The notes beneath the pieces are model-generated. The model ran no database searches. It was not told where the DNA came from and saw only the letters and a list, made by a program, of their open reading frames with translations. From a virus (Duplodnaviria > Caudoviricetes), in IMG/VR virus record IMGVR_UViG_3300022591_000012, positions 1 through 54,453 of that record: a stretch of DNA of 54,453 nt; one strand, 5' to 3'. The translations under genes and the position numbers were made by a program. Shown one piece after another: positions 35,684 to 45,159 of the stretch (position 1 is its first letter; each line of letters begins with the position of its first letter).

Positions 35684-36415
35684 GTGGCCGTAACCGCGCT
35701 TGATATCATCACCGATGCACTCGAATTGCTTGGCGTCTACGGGCCGGGCGATTCGATCTCCGCCGCCGATAGTTCCCGCGCGCTATCTGTGTTGGCGGAC
35801 ATGATGGACCTGTGGAGCAACGAAAGCCTTGCGTGCTTCGCCTGGGCCACGACGACGTTCACGCTCCAGGTCGGGAAGTCGCAATACACGATCGGGCCGG
35901 GCGGCGATATCAGTGCGACGCGGCCAATCAGGATATCCGACGCGCCGGGCGCAACCTATTTGCTGGACACCAACGGCAACCGCTATCTGATGGATGCGGT
36001 GGATCAGTTGGCGTGGAATATGCAGACGACGGCGGTCGCCGACTCAGATCTCCCCGACACCCTATTTTTCGACCCGCAATTTCCGTTTGGGATTATCAAC
36101 ATCTGGCCGACGCCGGCCATGTCCTACACCTGCTCGTTCCTCTCCTATCTGCCGCTGTCCGATCCGTCCGCGCTCTCATCGGCAATCAGCCTGCCGCCGG
36201 GCTACAAGCGGGCGATCACAACCAATCTTGCGGTGTGTTTGAAGCCGTACTTCACCAGCGCGCAACTCGATCCGGATGTGCGCGAGGAAGCGCGGGAGTC
36301 GAGGGGAATCATCAAGCGATCGAACATGAAGCCGCCGAAGGCCGCGTATGATCCGGAGATCATTGCGCGCGGGCAGTCGAGCTACAACATTTATTCTGAC
36401 CGCTATAGCAGGTAA
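35684..36415 (+). CDS. P22 gp4-like head-tail adaptor
   Basis: TALDIITDALELLGV..GD, MMDLWSNE, YTIGPGG, LPPGYKRAI..NLA. Confidence 0.8.
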   Translation: MAVTALDIITDALELLGVYGPGDSISAADSSRALSVLADMMDLWSNESLACFAWATTTFTLQVGKSQYTIGPGGDISATRPIRISDAPGATYLLDTNGNRYLMDAVDQLAWNMQTTAVADSDLPDTLFFDPQFPFGIINIWPTPAMSYTCSFLSYLPLSDPSALSSAISLPPGYKRAITTNLAVCLKPYFTSAQLDPDVREEARESRGIIKRSNMKPPKAAYDPEIIARGQSSYNIYSDRYSR

Positions 36416-38703
36416 TGGCAAAATCCCCAATCCTCGGCGGGTTTAGCAAGTCACGCGCGGGCGATCTCTCGTCCGGCGAAGTCTATAATCTGTTCATGGA
36501 AGTGGTGGAGACCAAAGACGGCAAATCCCCCGGCACGCTCTACAATTCCGCCGGTCTCGACCTGAATGCCTCGCTCGGCTCCGGCCCGATCCGCGGCGTT
36601 CACGTTCTCAACGACATCCTCTATGTCGTGTCCGGGCCGCAAGTCTGGAGCCTGACGCCAAACGGCATTGCGACCCTGTGCGGCACGATCGGCATTGAGA
36701 CTTCGCCCGTATCGATGTTCGACAACCGGCGGCAGCTACTGATCCTGGATGGCGTTGGCGGCTGGCTTGTCCCCGGCGGCTACCCGCTGGCGTCCGGCAC
36801 GATTTCCGCGCCCGGCGGACTGTATGCGCTGGGCGACACGATCACCCTGAAAGCCACGTCGGGGAACCAGAGCAGTTACCCGGTTCTGGAGGTGACGGCG
36901 GTATCCGACAACCCCGTCACAGCCTACACGCTGCCGAACGCGGGCACGGCCTACGGCACGGCGGCGAGCGTTGCCACGACCACGATCAACGGACAACCCG
37001 GGCACGGCACGGGGTTGACGTTGAGCATTACGGCCAGCGCCGGCTCGATAACGGTTGCGGAACCACTCGTCGCCGGCAGCGGCTACGCGGTCGGCGACAC
37101 CGGAACCATCACGGGCGGCAGCGGCAATGCGGTGTATCGCGTTACCGCAATCGGCAGCGGCGGCGCCGTGACAACCGTCATTATGCTCAACCCCGGCACG
37201 CTCTACGCGAGCATTGCCGGATGTCCGACGACCGCCGCACCGGGCGTGCCGGCAAATGTCGGCACCGGGCTTGCGCTCAACATCACCGCATCGTCCGGCT
37301 CGATCACGGCTTCCGGTCTGGCGAACGGCGGGCGGAATTACGCTGTCGGCAATGTGGGATTTGTTTCCGGCGGCTCGGGAGACGCCACCTATCTGGTGAC
37401 GGCAATCGGCGCGAACGGCACCGTAACGGGCTTTTCGATCACGCAGGCCGGCGCGGCTGATCCGGTCCCGGCATCGTTCACACAGAAATCGACATCCGGA
37501 TCAGGATCGAACTTCACGCTGACCTCCCCGACGTTCGGAACGTTCGTTGGCCTTGTGCCGGTGTCGCTGCCGTTCGCGCAACCGCTCATGGGCGGAGTGA
37601 TTGACGGCTTCGGGCTGATGATCTTCCTCGGTTCGCAAAACATTGCGGGATCGGATGAACTCGACCTTTCGACGTGGCGGGCTGTGATTTACGGGGTTGC
37701 GAACCAGTCGCCGGATAGCTGCATGGCGCTGGCAGTCGTCAAAGACGAGGCGTTCATCCTCAAGGAGCGGAACACCGAGGTCTGGGTAGACCAGGGGTTG
37801 CCGGGCTTTGCGTTCGGGCCGATATCCGCCGTCCACATCGAGCACGGGTGCGCCGCGCCGTTCTCTGCCACGAAGATCGGGGATCATCTTGCGTGGCTGT
37901 CGCGCAACGACCAGGGGCAGGGGATCGTTGTTCTGGCGCAAGGCTACAACGTCACGCCGATCTCAACGCAGGCGTTGGTGGCGGAGTTCGAGTCCTACCC
38001 GAACATCGGCGACGCCATTGGCTACTCTCGGCAGCAGGGCGGGCACACCTTCTACGTGCTGACGTTCCCGGAAGCCGACAAGACGTGGTGCTTCGACCTG
38101 ACCGCATCATCCATGGCCGGCGTGCCGCTGTGGCACAGGCTGGCGGCATGGACCGCCGGGAAGTGGCACAGGCATTGGGGCAACTGCTTCACGCCATGGC
38201 GCGGGTCCGAGAAGCTGGTAACGGCGGTGTCCACCTATCAGGCGAAAGCCGTCACGCTGACCGGATCGGTGGCGACGGCCTCGGGGCTGGTGGGACTGCC
38301 GTCCGCGTTCTTTTGCGGCGTGTTCAGCGTTTGGCTTGACGTGCCGGACTCGGGCGGTGGGGTTGGCGTCACGTTTTCAAATCAGGCCGGCGGCACGGCG
38401 GGCGGGCTGTCCATCGCGATCCAGAACGATGCCAACGGAACGCCGCAGATCACGGTCAAGGCATGGGATGCGAGCGCAGCCGCTATCGTGGTGGCAACCT
38501 ATGACTTCACCGGCTGGACCGTTTGGGTGAACGTGCTGGTCTCCATCGACACCGCGACGCAGCAGTTGCAGGTTTATGCGAATACCGTGGTGTCCGGGGT
38601 TCTGGTCGAGACGGCGCTGACGGCGGTTTCAGCGGTGTGGAGTTCCTCAAATGCCATAGCCCCGGCGGCGACGCGGGCGTGGTCTCTTTCGGTGGTGCCA
38701 TGA
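36415..38703 (+). CDS. P22 gp10-like tail hub, N-terminal part, with inserted Gly/Thr repeats and a partial LamG-like domain
   Basis: SPILG, GSGPIRG, SPD, TEVW, GHTFYVLTFP..KTWCFD, WHR. Confidence 0.8.
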   Translation: MAKSPILGGFSKSRAGDLSSGEVYNLFMEVVETKDGKSPGTLYNSAGLDLNASLGSGPIRGVHVLNDILYVVSGPQVWSLTPNGIATLCGTIGIETSPVSMFDNRRQLLILDGVGGWLVPGGYPLASGTISAPGGLYALGDTITLKATSGNQSSYPVLEVTAVSDNPVTAYTLPNAGTAYGTAASVATTTINGQPGHGTGLTLSITASAGSITVAEPLVAGSGYAVGDTGTITGGSGNAVYRVTAIGSGGAVTTVIMLNPGTLYASIAGCPTTAAPGVPANVGTGLALNITASSGSITASGLANGGRNYAVGNVGFVSGGSGDATYLVTAIGANGTVTGFSITQAGAADPVPASFTQKSTSGSGSNFTLTSPTFGTFVGLVPVSLPFAQPLMGGVIDGFGLMIFLGSQNIAGSDELDLSTWRAVIYGVANQSPDSCMALAVVKDEAFILKERNTEVWVDQGLPGFAFGPISAVHIEHGCAAPFSATKIGDHLAWLSRNDQGQGIVVLAQGYNVTPISTQALVAEFESYPNIGDAIGYSRQQGGHTFYVLTFPEADKTWCFDLTASSMAGVPLWHRLAAWTAGKWHRHWGNCFTPWRGSEKLVTAVSTYQAKAVTLTGSVATASGLVGLPSAFFCGVFSVWLDVPDSGGGVGVTFSNQAGGTAGGLSIAIQNDANGTPQITVKAWDASAAAIVVATYDFTGWTVWVNVLVSIDTATQQLQVYANTVVSGVLVETALTAVSAVWSSSNAIAPAATRAWSLSVVP

Positions 38704-40727
38704 CCTATATTCCGCAACTTGTTAGTCTTGATACCGGCACTTTAGCCATCACGCCGTGCAGCGGATACGCGGCTTGGAAGATAAGCCGGGGCGGCAGCGG
38801 GTACGTCTCAGGGGATATCGGATCGACCGTAACAGTAATCGGCGGCACGTATACGGTTGCGGCTACGGCTACGATCGAGTCTGTAAGCGGTGGCGCAATT
38901 ACCTCCCTTTCGCCGCCTACAAACCACGGCACCTATACCGTCCTTCCTATAGGCGATGTCGCGTTGAGCGGGGGGTCTGGTTCCGGCGCTGTGGCGGCAG
39001 TCGGAGGCGTGCAGACTCCCGCCTTGTTTTCCCCTTCCGGGGCGGGTATGCCGTCAAGCATTGCGGAAATGACCTTCAGCCTATGGGGGTATAGCGACTG
39101 CTCGTTTCCTGAGTTCCTTTTTGGCGGGGCAAATAGCGCCCTTGCTGGGTCGTCTATTTCTTTCGCCATAACCGCCCCATCGTTCGGTCACGGCGTAAAT
39201 ATCTCTCTTAGAGACAGTTCCGGAACGCAAATCTTCTCCGGCTTGTTCTCCGGGGCCGGGGAGACGCGATCCGCAGTATATAACATACTGGTTTCGGTCA
39301 GCACCACAACTCAAACTATTCAGGTTTACGTTAACGATAACATCCAGACATCATCAAACGCAATCTGGTACAACGCACATGCGGTTGATAATCCAGCCGC
39401 CGGCCTTTGGTCTTTGAGGGGCGATATAAGCGACGGAAATGTTGGTCTGGCCTCCTTTTATGCGGTTGCTTCTTTCACGGACCTGTCCGTCACGGCAAAC
39501 CGCCGTGCGTTTATCAATGCCGATCTGTCATCTACCGATCCATCAACGCTCCCCGCCGCCCCTATAAACCTGTATCTGAACAAGGGGGACTCGCCATCCG
39601 CCATCGCCAATAACCACGGCACGGGCGGTGCGTGGACGATGTTGGTCGGCGATGTGTGGCCGGGCGGGACTCCAAATCCTATAGTGTTCTCGCAAGGCTA
39701 TTGCTCGCCCTTAGTCACCGCGAATGCAGCCTCTTACACGACCAATGAAAACACCGCGCTCACGGCGTCGCTCACAAGCCACGCCACGGACCAGCGCCCC
39801 GGCGGGTATCTCGTCTATTCCGCCTCTACATCGCCATCGCACGGCAGCGTCACAGTAAACGCGGACGGGACATTCACATACACGCCGACGACGGGCTTCT
39901 ACGGTTCGGACAGTTTCTACTACGAAGTTACCGACACCATGCCTTCCGGGTATGTGCAGCCCGGCTATACCTATACCGCCAGGGTGAGCATTACCGTGAC
40001 CCGAGTCTATTCCGTCACCATGGCTGATCTTTTCTTTACCCCCACACCGGCCTTCGTGGACCTGTCCGTAGCCTCCAACCGCCGCAAGTTCATCACCGAT
40101 ACCGGCGGCGCTCAGAGCCTCGGGCCGGACGGTTCGGTTCCGCTCGGCGTGACGCCTCCCGTGTTTCTGTCCTCAAACGGCACGCCGTCCACCTTCGCGG
40201 CAAACAACGGGCGGGGCGGTGCGTTTGCGCTCAGCGGCACGTTGACGGCCGGCGCGAGCAATCCCCCGGCGGCGGTTTCGGTATCGGTCACGCCTGCGTC
40301 CGTGCCGGCATCGGCGGGACAGGGCGTTTTGGGCGACTACAAATCCGGCAACCTCTATGCGTTCAATCCCAACACCCTGACCGACAACGGCACGCAACGG
40401 CGGTGGCTCAGACGATGGCGGGCGCTGGGATCGGATGGGGAAAACGCCAAGCGGTTCTCCGCCCTTGTTGTGGACATGCAAACCGGCGCGGGCGTCCCGG
40501 CGGATTCAAACCCGCAACTCATGCTGCGCTGGTCCGACGATGGGGGCGCGACATGGAGCGACGGACGAATTGTGCCCGCCGGGAAGCTCGGGGCGACGGC
40601 GCAATCCATCAAGTTCAACCGCCTCGGCTCAACGCGGCGCTTCGGCGGGTCGGATCGGATATTCGAACTGTCGTCCACCGATCAATTCATGACGGCCATA
40701 ATCGCCGCCGAGGTCGATGTGTCATGA
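38700..40727 (+). CDS. LamG-like plus Ig-like protein fused to gp10-like C-terminal part
   Basis: PSHGSVTVNADGTFTYTP Ig-like repeat; C-terminal LGDYKSGNLY...PQLMLRWSDDGGATWS...NRLG..DRIFELS. Confidence 0.8.
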   Translation: MTYIPQLVSLDTGTLAITPCSGYAAWKISRGGSGYVSGDIGSTVTVIGGTYTVAATATIESVSGGAITSLSPPTNHGTYTVLPIGDVALSGGSGSGAVAAVGGVQTPALFSPSGAGMPSSIAEMTFSLWGYSDCSFPEFLFGGANSALAGSSISFAITAPSFGHGVNISLRDSSGTQIFSGLFSGAGETRSAVYNILVSVSTTTQTIQVYVNDNIQTSSNAIWYNAHAVDNPAAGLWSLRGDISDGNVGLASFYAVASFTDLSVTANRRAFINADLSSTDPSTLPAAPINLYLNKGDSPSAIANNHGTGGAWTMLVGDVWPGGTPNPIVFSQGYCSPLVTANAASYTTNENTALTASLTSHATDQRPGGYLVYSASTSPSHGSVTVNADGTFTYTPTTGFYGSDSFYYEVTDTMPSGYVQPGYTYTARVSITVTRVYSVTMADLFFTPTPAFVDLSVASNRRKFITDTGGAQSLGPDGSVPLGVTPPVFLSSNGTPSTFAANNGRGGAFALSGTLTAGASNPPAAVSVSVTPASVPASAGQGVLGDYKSGNLYAFNPNTLTDNGTQRRWLRRWRALGSDGENAKRFSALVVDMQTGAGVPADSNPQLMLRWSDDGGATWSDGRIVPAGKLGATAQSIKFNRLGSTRRFGGSDRIFELSSTDQFMTAIIAAEVDVS

Positions 40728-41281
40728 GGCGCTTCCTCATCACCGGCCTGCCGCGCTCCCGGACGGCATGGCTTGCCGTTGCGGCGACGCATGGAGAGGT
40801 TGTCTGCCACCACGAGCCTAAGAACAACCTGCCGTCGTGGGATGCCATTTTCGATACCGTGTGGAGCGGCGGCGGATGCGTCGGCATTTCGGATCACGGG
40901 CTTGGCTTTTACCTTCCGGAGATCATCCGGCGGGTGGCGCCGCGAACGCTGATCGTGGAACGGCCCATCGCAGAGGTGAAAGCCTCCCTGGCGCGGCTCG
41001 GCGAGCGGCCCACCAACCTCTGCGATCTTCTGTTGGAGGCGTTGACGTATCAACATCCGTTGATACTGCGCGTGCGATACTCGGCCCTCGCCAATACCGC
41101 TGTCGTGGTGGCGTGCCTGCGATGGCTTGTGCCCGGGGCGGAGATAGACGCGGCGCGGATCGCGCGGCTGCAAGGCGAGAACATCCAGGCGGATTGGAAC
41201 CGGGCGGCTGAGCTTGCCGCCGGGGCTGATCCTGCCGCGTTCATTCCGGCGGATGTTCTGGCGAGGCTGCGCGCGTCATGA
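40724..41281 (+). CDS. sulfotransferase-like P-loop protein
   Basis: FLITGLPRSRTAWL, CHHEP, LIVERP...SL. Confidence 0.65.
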   Translation: MRRFLITGLPRSRTAWLAVAATHGEVVCHHEPKNNLPSWDAIFDTVWSGGGCVGISDHGLGFYLPEIIRRVAPRTLIVERPIAEVKASLARLGERPTNLCDLLLEALTYQHPLILRVRYSALANTAVVVACLRWLVPGAEIDAARIARLQGENIQADWNRAAELAAGADPAAFIPADVLARLRAS

Positions 41282-41889
41282 GCCAGCCGCAAATCCTCTC
41301 CCCGAATCAGCCGATGACGGACGGCAACGGCAAGGTCACGCACGACTGGTGGCGGGCGCTGCACGCGCTGTTCAAGAGTTCCGGGACGCTGGCAGCCGGC
41401 GTGACCGTGAAAGGAAGCGCGGTGCTGGCGGAGACCGTGGTCAATTCAGGCGGCACGATCGCCGCACCCGATGCGCCTGGAGCAACGCTGATCGGCAACG
41501 CCGGACCCGCGGCGGCGCAACCCGGCTATATCCCGGTTGATCCGTCATTGTCGCTCGCTGGTGGGGCGCTGGCCCTGCCGACGCTGCCCGCGGCGGTGCT
41601 ATGGGGCAATCCGACCTACGCCCCGGCCAAGCCCGTCACGATCAGGCTTGGCGCGGGCGTGGAGTTTTCCGGCGGAATGCTTGTCGTGCCGGCGGGTGCG
41701 GCGGGGTCTGATGCGTCGGCCTACGCTGTTCCGGATCGCAGCGGTCAGGTTGCGGACCTGGAACGGCGGGTTGCCTTTCTGGAAACGCTGCTGCTGTCGC
41801 TGCCCGATGTCCGCGGGCGGCTGGCGGAAATCGAACGCCGGTTGCGTGACGACGAAATCCGATCAACCTTCAGAAGTTGGGGCCATTAA
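41278..41889 (+). CDS. tail needle/spike-like protein
   Basis: N-terminal P.TDGNGKVTHDWWRAL, C-terminal coiled coil; position after gp10. Confidence 0.55.
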   Translation: MSQPQILSPNQPMTDGNGKVTHDWWRALHALFKSSGTLAAGVTVKGSAVLAETVVNSGGTIAAPDAPGATLIGNAGPAAAQPGYIPVDPSLSLAGGALALPTLPAAVLWGNPTYAPAKPVTIRLGAGVEFSGGMLVVPAGAAGSDASAYAVPDRSGQVADLERRVAFLETLLLSLPDVRGRLAEIERRLRDDEIRSTFRSWGH

Positions 41890-42219
41890 ATGCCTGTGCA
41901 AATAATCCAGATGTTTGCGCCGACCGTGCTGACGACATCGGCGGCGACGCTGTTCACCGCATCCGGGGCGACGCTCAACCGCGGGCGAATCCGGTTCACC
42001 AACACGTCGGGATCGAACGTCACTGTAACGGCCTACGGGATACCGAACGGCGGCACGGCGGGGCCGGGCAACGAGTTCCTTGTCGCGCAGACGGTCCTGG
42101 CTGGTGCAAACCTTGATGTGGACGTGCCGGTTCTTGCGCCGGGCGGGTTTATCCAGGCGCTGGCGTCGGCGGGGACTTCGGTAACGGCGCATTCGCTTGA
42201 TGGCGTGCTATCCTCGTGA
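41890..42219 (+). CDS. small all-beta virion protein
   Basis: RFTNT...GTAG..N...VLAPGGFIQA. Confidence 0.65.
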   Translation: MPVQIIQMFAPTVLTTSAATLFTASGATLNRGRIRFTNTSGSNVTVTAYGIPNGGTAGPGNEFLVAQTVLAGANLDVDVPVLAPGGFIQALASAGTSVTAHSLDGVLSS

Positions 42220-42237
42220 TACATTAACGCCACAAAA

Positions 42238-42292
42238 CCATACCGGCATGGGGCTTTCCGGGCACCTCTGAGCGTTGTTGGAGTTGTCCGGT
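42238..42292 (+). promoter_or_regulatory. pseudoknot leader RNA, copy D
   Basis: CCAT-A-CCGGC-ATGG...TCCGG; CCGGGCACCTC/GAGTTGTCCGG over SD; TGATACATT -10 upstream. Confidence 0.7.
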
Positions 42293-43150
42293 ATGCCGTT
42301 TACATCCATCCTGGGTTCGGGGCTGCTTTCCGGCGCGGCTTCTATTTTCGGCGGCGTCATGGGCAGCAATGCCGCGAAGAAAGCGGCATCGACTGAGGCA
42401 AACGCCTACAACCAAGCGACCGGCACAGAACTCGGCATGTTCAACACCGCGCAAGCGGACATGCAGCCGTGGTTGGCGGGTGGACAGAACAGCCTTGCGG
42501 CGCTGCAAAAGGCCCTCGGCATCGGGCCGGGCGGAACCGGCGCGTCAAACCCGCTCCTTCAGATGCTCGGCATCGGGCCGAACGGCCAACCGACCGGCGC
42601 CGGCATCAATCCGGCAACTTTTCAGTCGTCGCCGGGGTATCAGTTCCAGCTTCAGCAGGGCTTGGATGCCATTACCAACTCGAACGCGGCTGGCGGCATC
42701 GGCGGCAACGCGCTGAAGCAGTTGCAGGGCTACGGCCAAGGGGTGGCCAATCAGGGCTGGCAGCAATACATGGGCAACGTCAACACCGGCTGGCAAGGGC
42801 TTCTGAGTTCCCTTATGGGACTGTCCGGGCAGGGCATGGGCGCGGCCAGCACGATCGGCGGCGACGCGCTCGCGACCGGGCAACTGATCGGCGGCAACCA
42901 GATCGGGGCGGGCAGCGCGACCGCGAGCGGCGTCCTGGGCAGCAACAACGCTATGGCCGGCGGACTGAATAGCGGCTTCAAAAGCCTGATGGGCGGCGGG
43001 ATGTCCGGCGGCGGCGGCGGCGGGTTGGCGTCGCTGCTTTCGGGTCTGTTCAGCGGCGGAAGCGGCGCCACGGGCAACGCGCTCGCCTATGGTGCCGCCA
43101 CCAGCCCCGAAGCGATGGGCGGCGGCGGATACTACGGCCCGGCGTTCTAG
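42293..43150 (+). CDS. DNA ejection protein, P22 gp7-like
   Basis: Gly-rich, AAKKAA..A, QPWLAGG, FQSSPGYQFQLQQG. Confidence 0.8.
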   Translation: MPFTSILGSGLLSGAASIFGGVMGSNAAKKAASTEANAYNQATGTELGMFNTAQADMQPWLAGGQNSLAALQKALGIGPGGTGASNPLLQMLGIGPNGQPTGAGINPATFQSSPGYQFQLQQGLDAITNSNAAGGIGGNALKQLQGYGQGVANQGWQQYMGNVNTGWQGLLSSLMGLSGQGMGAASTIGGDALATGQLIGGNQIGAGSATASGVLGSNNAMAGGLNSGFKSLMGGGMSGGGGGGLASLLSGLFSGGSGATGNALAYGAATSPEAMGGGGYYGPAF

Positions 43151-43159
43151 GATCGTCCC

Positions 43160-45157
43160 ATGCCGATTGATCCCAATCTTGCCTTTGGCTTCCGCCCGAC
43201 CCCGAACGTAGGGCCGGACTTCGGCGGTGCGATTCAGGACGCGCAGCAAGCCAATGCGCTGATCCAGCAGCGGCAGAAAATGCAGTCGCAAAACGCGCTG
43301 CGGAACATCCTCGGCCAGCCCGGCGCGATTGACGCCATGGGCAACCCGACTCCGGACGCGATGGCGCGGGTGACGGCGGTTGACCCTATCATGGGGGTTA
43401 ATCTGCGGCAGAACATGCTGGTGCAGCAGCAGAACCAGACGCGCATGGACATGATGCGGACGGACTTGTTTCAGAAAAAAACGGCGATGATTGCCGATGC
43501 CCTTGCGCCGATCTTAGAAGAATATGAGATGCAAACCGGCGAAAATGCTGGTGCAAATGCAAAATCGCCTGAGCAAGCGCAAGCGCAAGCGCAAGAGGCT
43601 ACTGACGCGGCAATATCTCGGTTGGAGCAAGGCGGCGGCCTTTCTGAAAGCGAAAAGCGAAATCTCCCAAGGAAATTTGATCCGGTTCAGTTCCGGCAGT
43701 TTTTTTCGGGGTATGAAGGGTATCAGAATTGGCTGAAAAATCAACGGGCGGACCATCGCGAGCAGCGGGAGGAGAATTACCAAAACCGCGAACTCGACAT
43801 CCGCCAACAGACCGCGGACGGCGACAAATGGACATGGACGAACGGCTTTGGCCCGGGGCCTGACGGAACTCAGGTCCCCGGAAGCTGGCGGTTTCCGACG
43901 AAGCAGGAGGGAGAACCGAAGTTCTTTCCGCACGTGACGCAGACCGGGAAAGCCCCGGCTCCGGGCAGCGCCGGGGCAGAAAACACAGCGATCGACGCCG
44001 ATATCAAAAAAGAGCATCCGGACTGGTCGGACGGTCAGGTGGCGCTTGAACGGAACAAGCGGATTGCTGCGAATAAAGCCCCGGCTCCGGGCAGCGCGGC
44101 GGCGGATCACGTCGCAATAGATGCGGACATTAAAAAGCAACACCCCGATTGGACTCCCGGACAAGTTACGGTTGAGCGCATAATTCGCACAAAGGCGGCA
44201 AATAGCGGGCCGATAGAGGTTTCGGATGAAGAACTTGCATCCATTGGCGCACAGGCCGCAACCGGCGAACCGCTCATGCAGATTGTGCCGGGATATCGCG
44301 AGGGCGCCGAGGCGTTGCGTCAAAAGGCCAGAAGCGAGGCAATAAAGCAGATCAGGGCCGAAAATCCCGGCATGACAGCCGAGCAGGCCGGTCAGACGCT
44401 GGCGATGCGGGCAATTGAGTATCAGGGCGGCAAAAAGAGCGTCGGGCAACTCGATCAGATGCTTGGCGCAACCCACCAGGCCGTTGGCCAGTTGGACTAC
44501 AACGTCAGTCAGGTCAAAGAAGACCTGAAAAAGCTACCGTCCGCCGATATGTCGCCCATTATCAACGCCATCGTTCGAGGCGAAGAAAACTGGACGGGCG
44601 ATCCGGCTTATTCGGCTCTGTTCTTCCACATGCACGCGGTGGCGGTGGAATCGGCTCGCATCCTGTCCGGCGGCCAAGCGTCGGTTGCGCAGCTTCATCA
44701 AGGCGCGATGGACGAAGCGAAGAAGTGGGCCAGCGTCAATATGACGCCATCCTCGTTCGATGCGGTTGCGGCATCGATGCTTGGGGAGGGCGAAAACCGC
44801 ATCGCGACGTACCAAACCGCCATTACCTACATGAAGGACCGGACGGGTAACGGCGGCGCTTCCACCGCCCCCGCCAAGACCGATGCCGCGCAAAAGGGGG
44901 CGTCGCAATCCGGTTTCTACACCGGAGATAATCCACCCGCCGCATATCCGGACGCGAAGAAAGCGCCAGATGGAAAATGGTATGTCAAGAAAGACGGCGA
45001 TTGGTGGGTGGTTCCGAGCGAAGACGGCGCTCCCGCCGCGCAACCGGCGGGCGGACAGGCGGTGGCAAAGCCTGACGACATGCAGGACGGCGCGGTTGTC
45101 GAACAGGGCGGCAAGCGATATCGAAAGCAAGGCACGAATTGGGTTGAGGTGCAGTAA
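43160..45157 (+). CDS. DNA ejection protein, gp20-like position
   Basis: MPIDPNLA start, Gln/Ala-rich helices, internal 42-aa repeat, short C-terminal aromatic modules. Confidence 0.7.
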   Translation: MPIDPNLAFGFRPTPNVGPDFGGAIQDAQQANALIQQRQKMQSQNALRNILGQPGAIDAMGNPTPDAMARVTAVDPIMGVNLRQNMLVQQQNQTRMDMMRTDLFQKKTAMIADALAPILEEYEMQTGENAGANAKSPEQAQAQAQEATDAAISRLEQGGGLSESEKRNLPRKFDPVQFRQFFSGYEGYQNWLKNQRADHREQREENYQNRELDIRQQTADGDKWTWTNGFGPGPDGTQVPGSWRFPTKQEGEPKFFPHVTQTGKAPAPGSAGAENTAIDADIKKEHPDWSDGQVALERNKRIAANKAPAPGSAAADHVAIDADIKKQHPDWTPGQVTVERIIRTKAANSGPIEVSDEELASIGAQAATGEPLMQIVPGYREGAEALRQKARSEAIKQIRAENPGMTAEQAGQTLAMRAIEYQGGKKSVGQLDQMLGATHQAVGQLDYNVSQVKEDLKKLPSADMSPIINAIVRGEENWTGDPAYSALFFHMHAVAVESARILSGGQASVAQLHQGAMDEAKKWASVNMTPSSFDAVAASMLGEGENRIATYQTAITYMKDRTGNGGASTAPAKTDAAQKGASQSGFYTGDNPPAAYPDAKKAPDGKWYVKKDGDWWVVPSEDGAPAAQPAGGQAVAKPDDMQDGAVVEQGGKRYRKQGTNWVEVQ

Positions 45158-45159
45158 CG

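Noticed and set aside
36415-40727. Diversity-generating retroelement acting on tail genes
   Set aside because: No reverse transcriptase and no adenine-specific TR/VR pair seen
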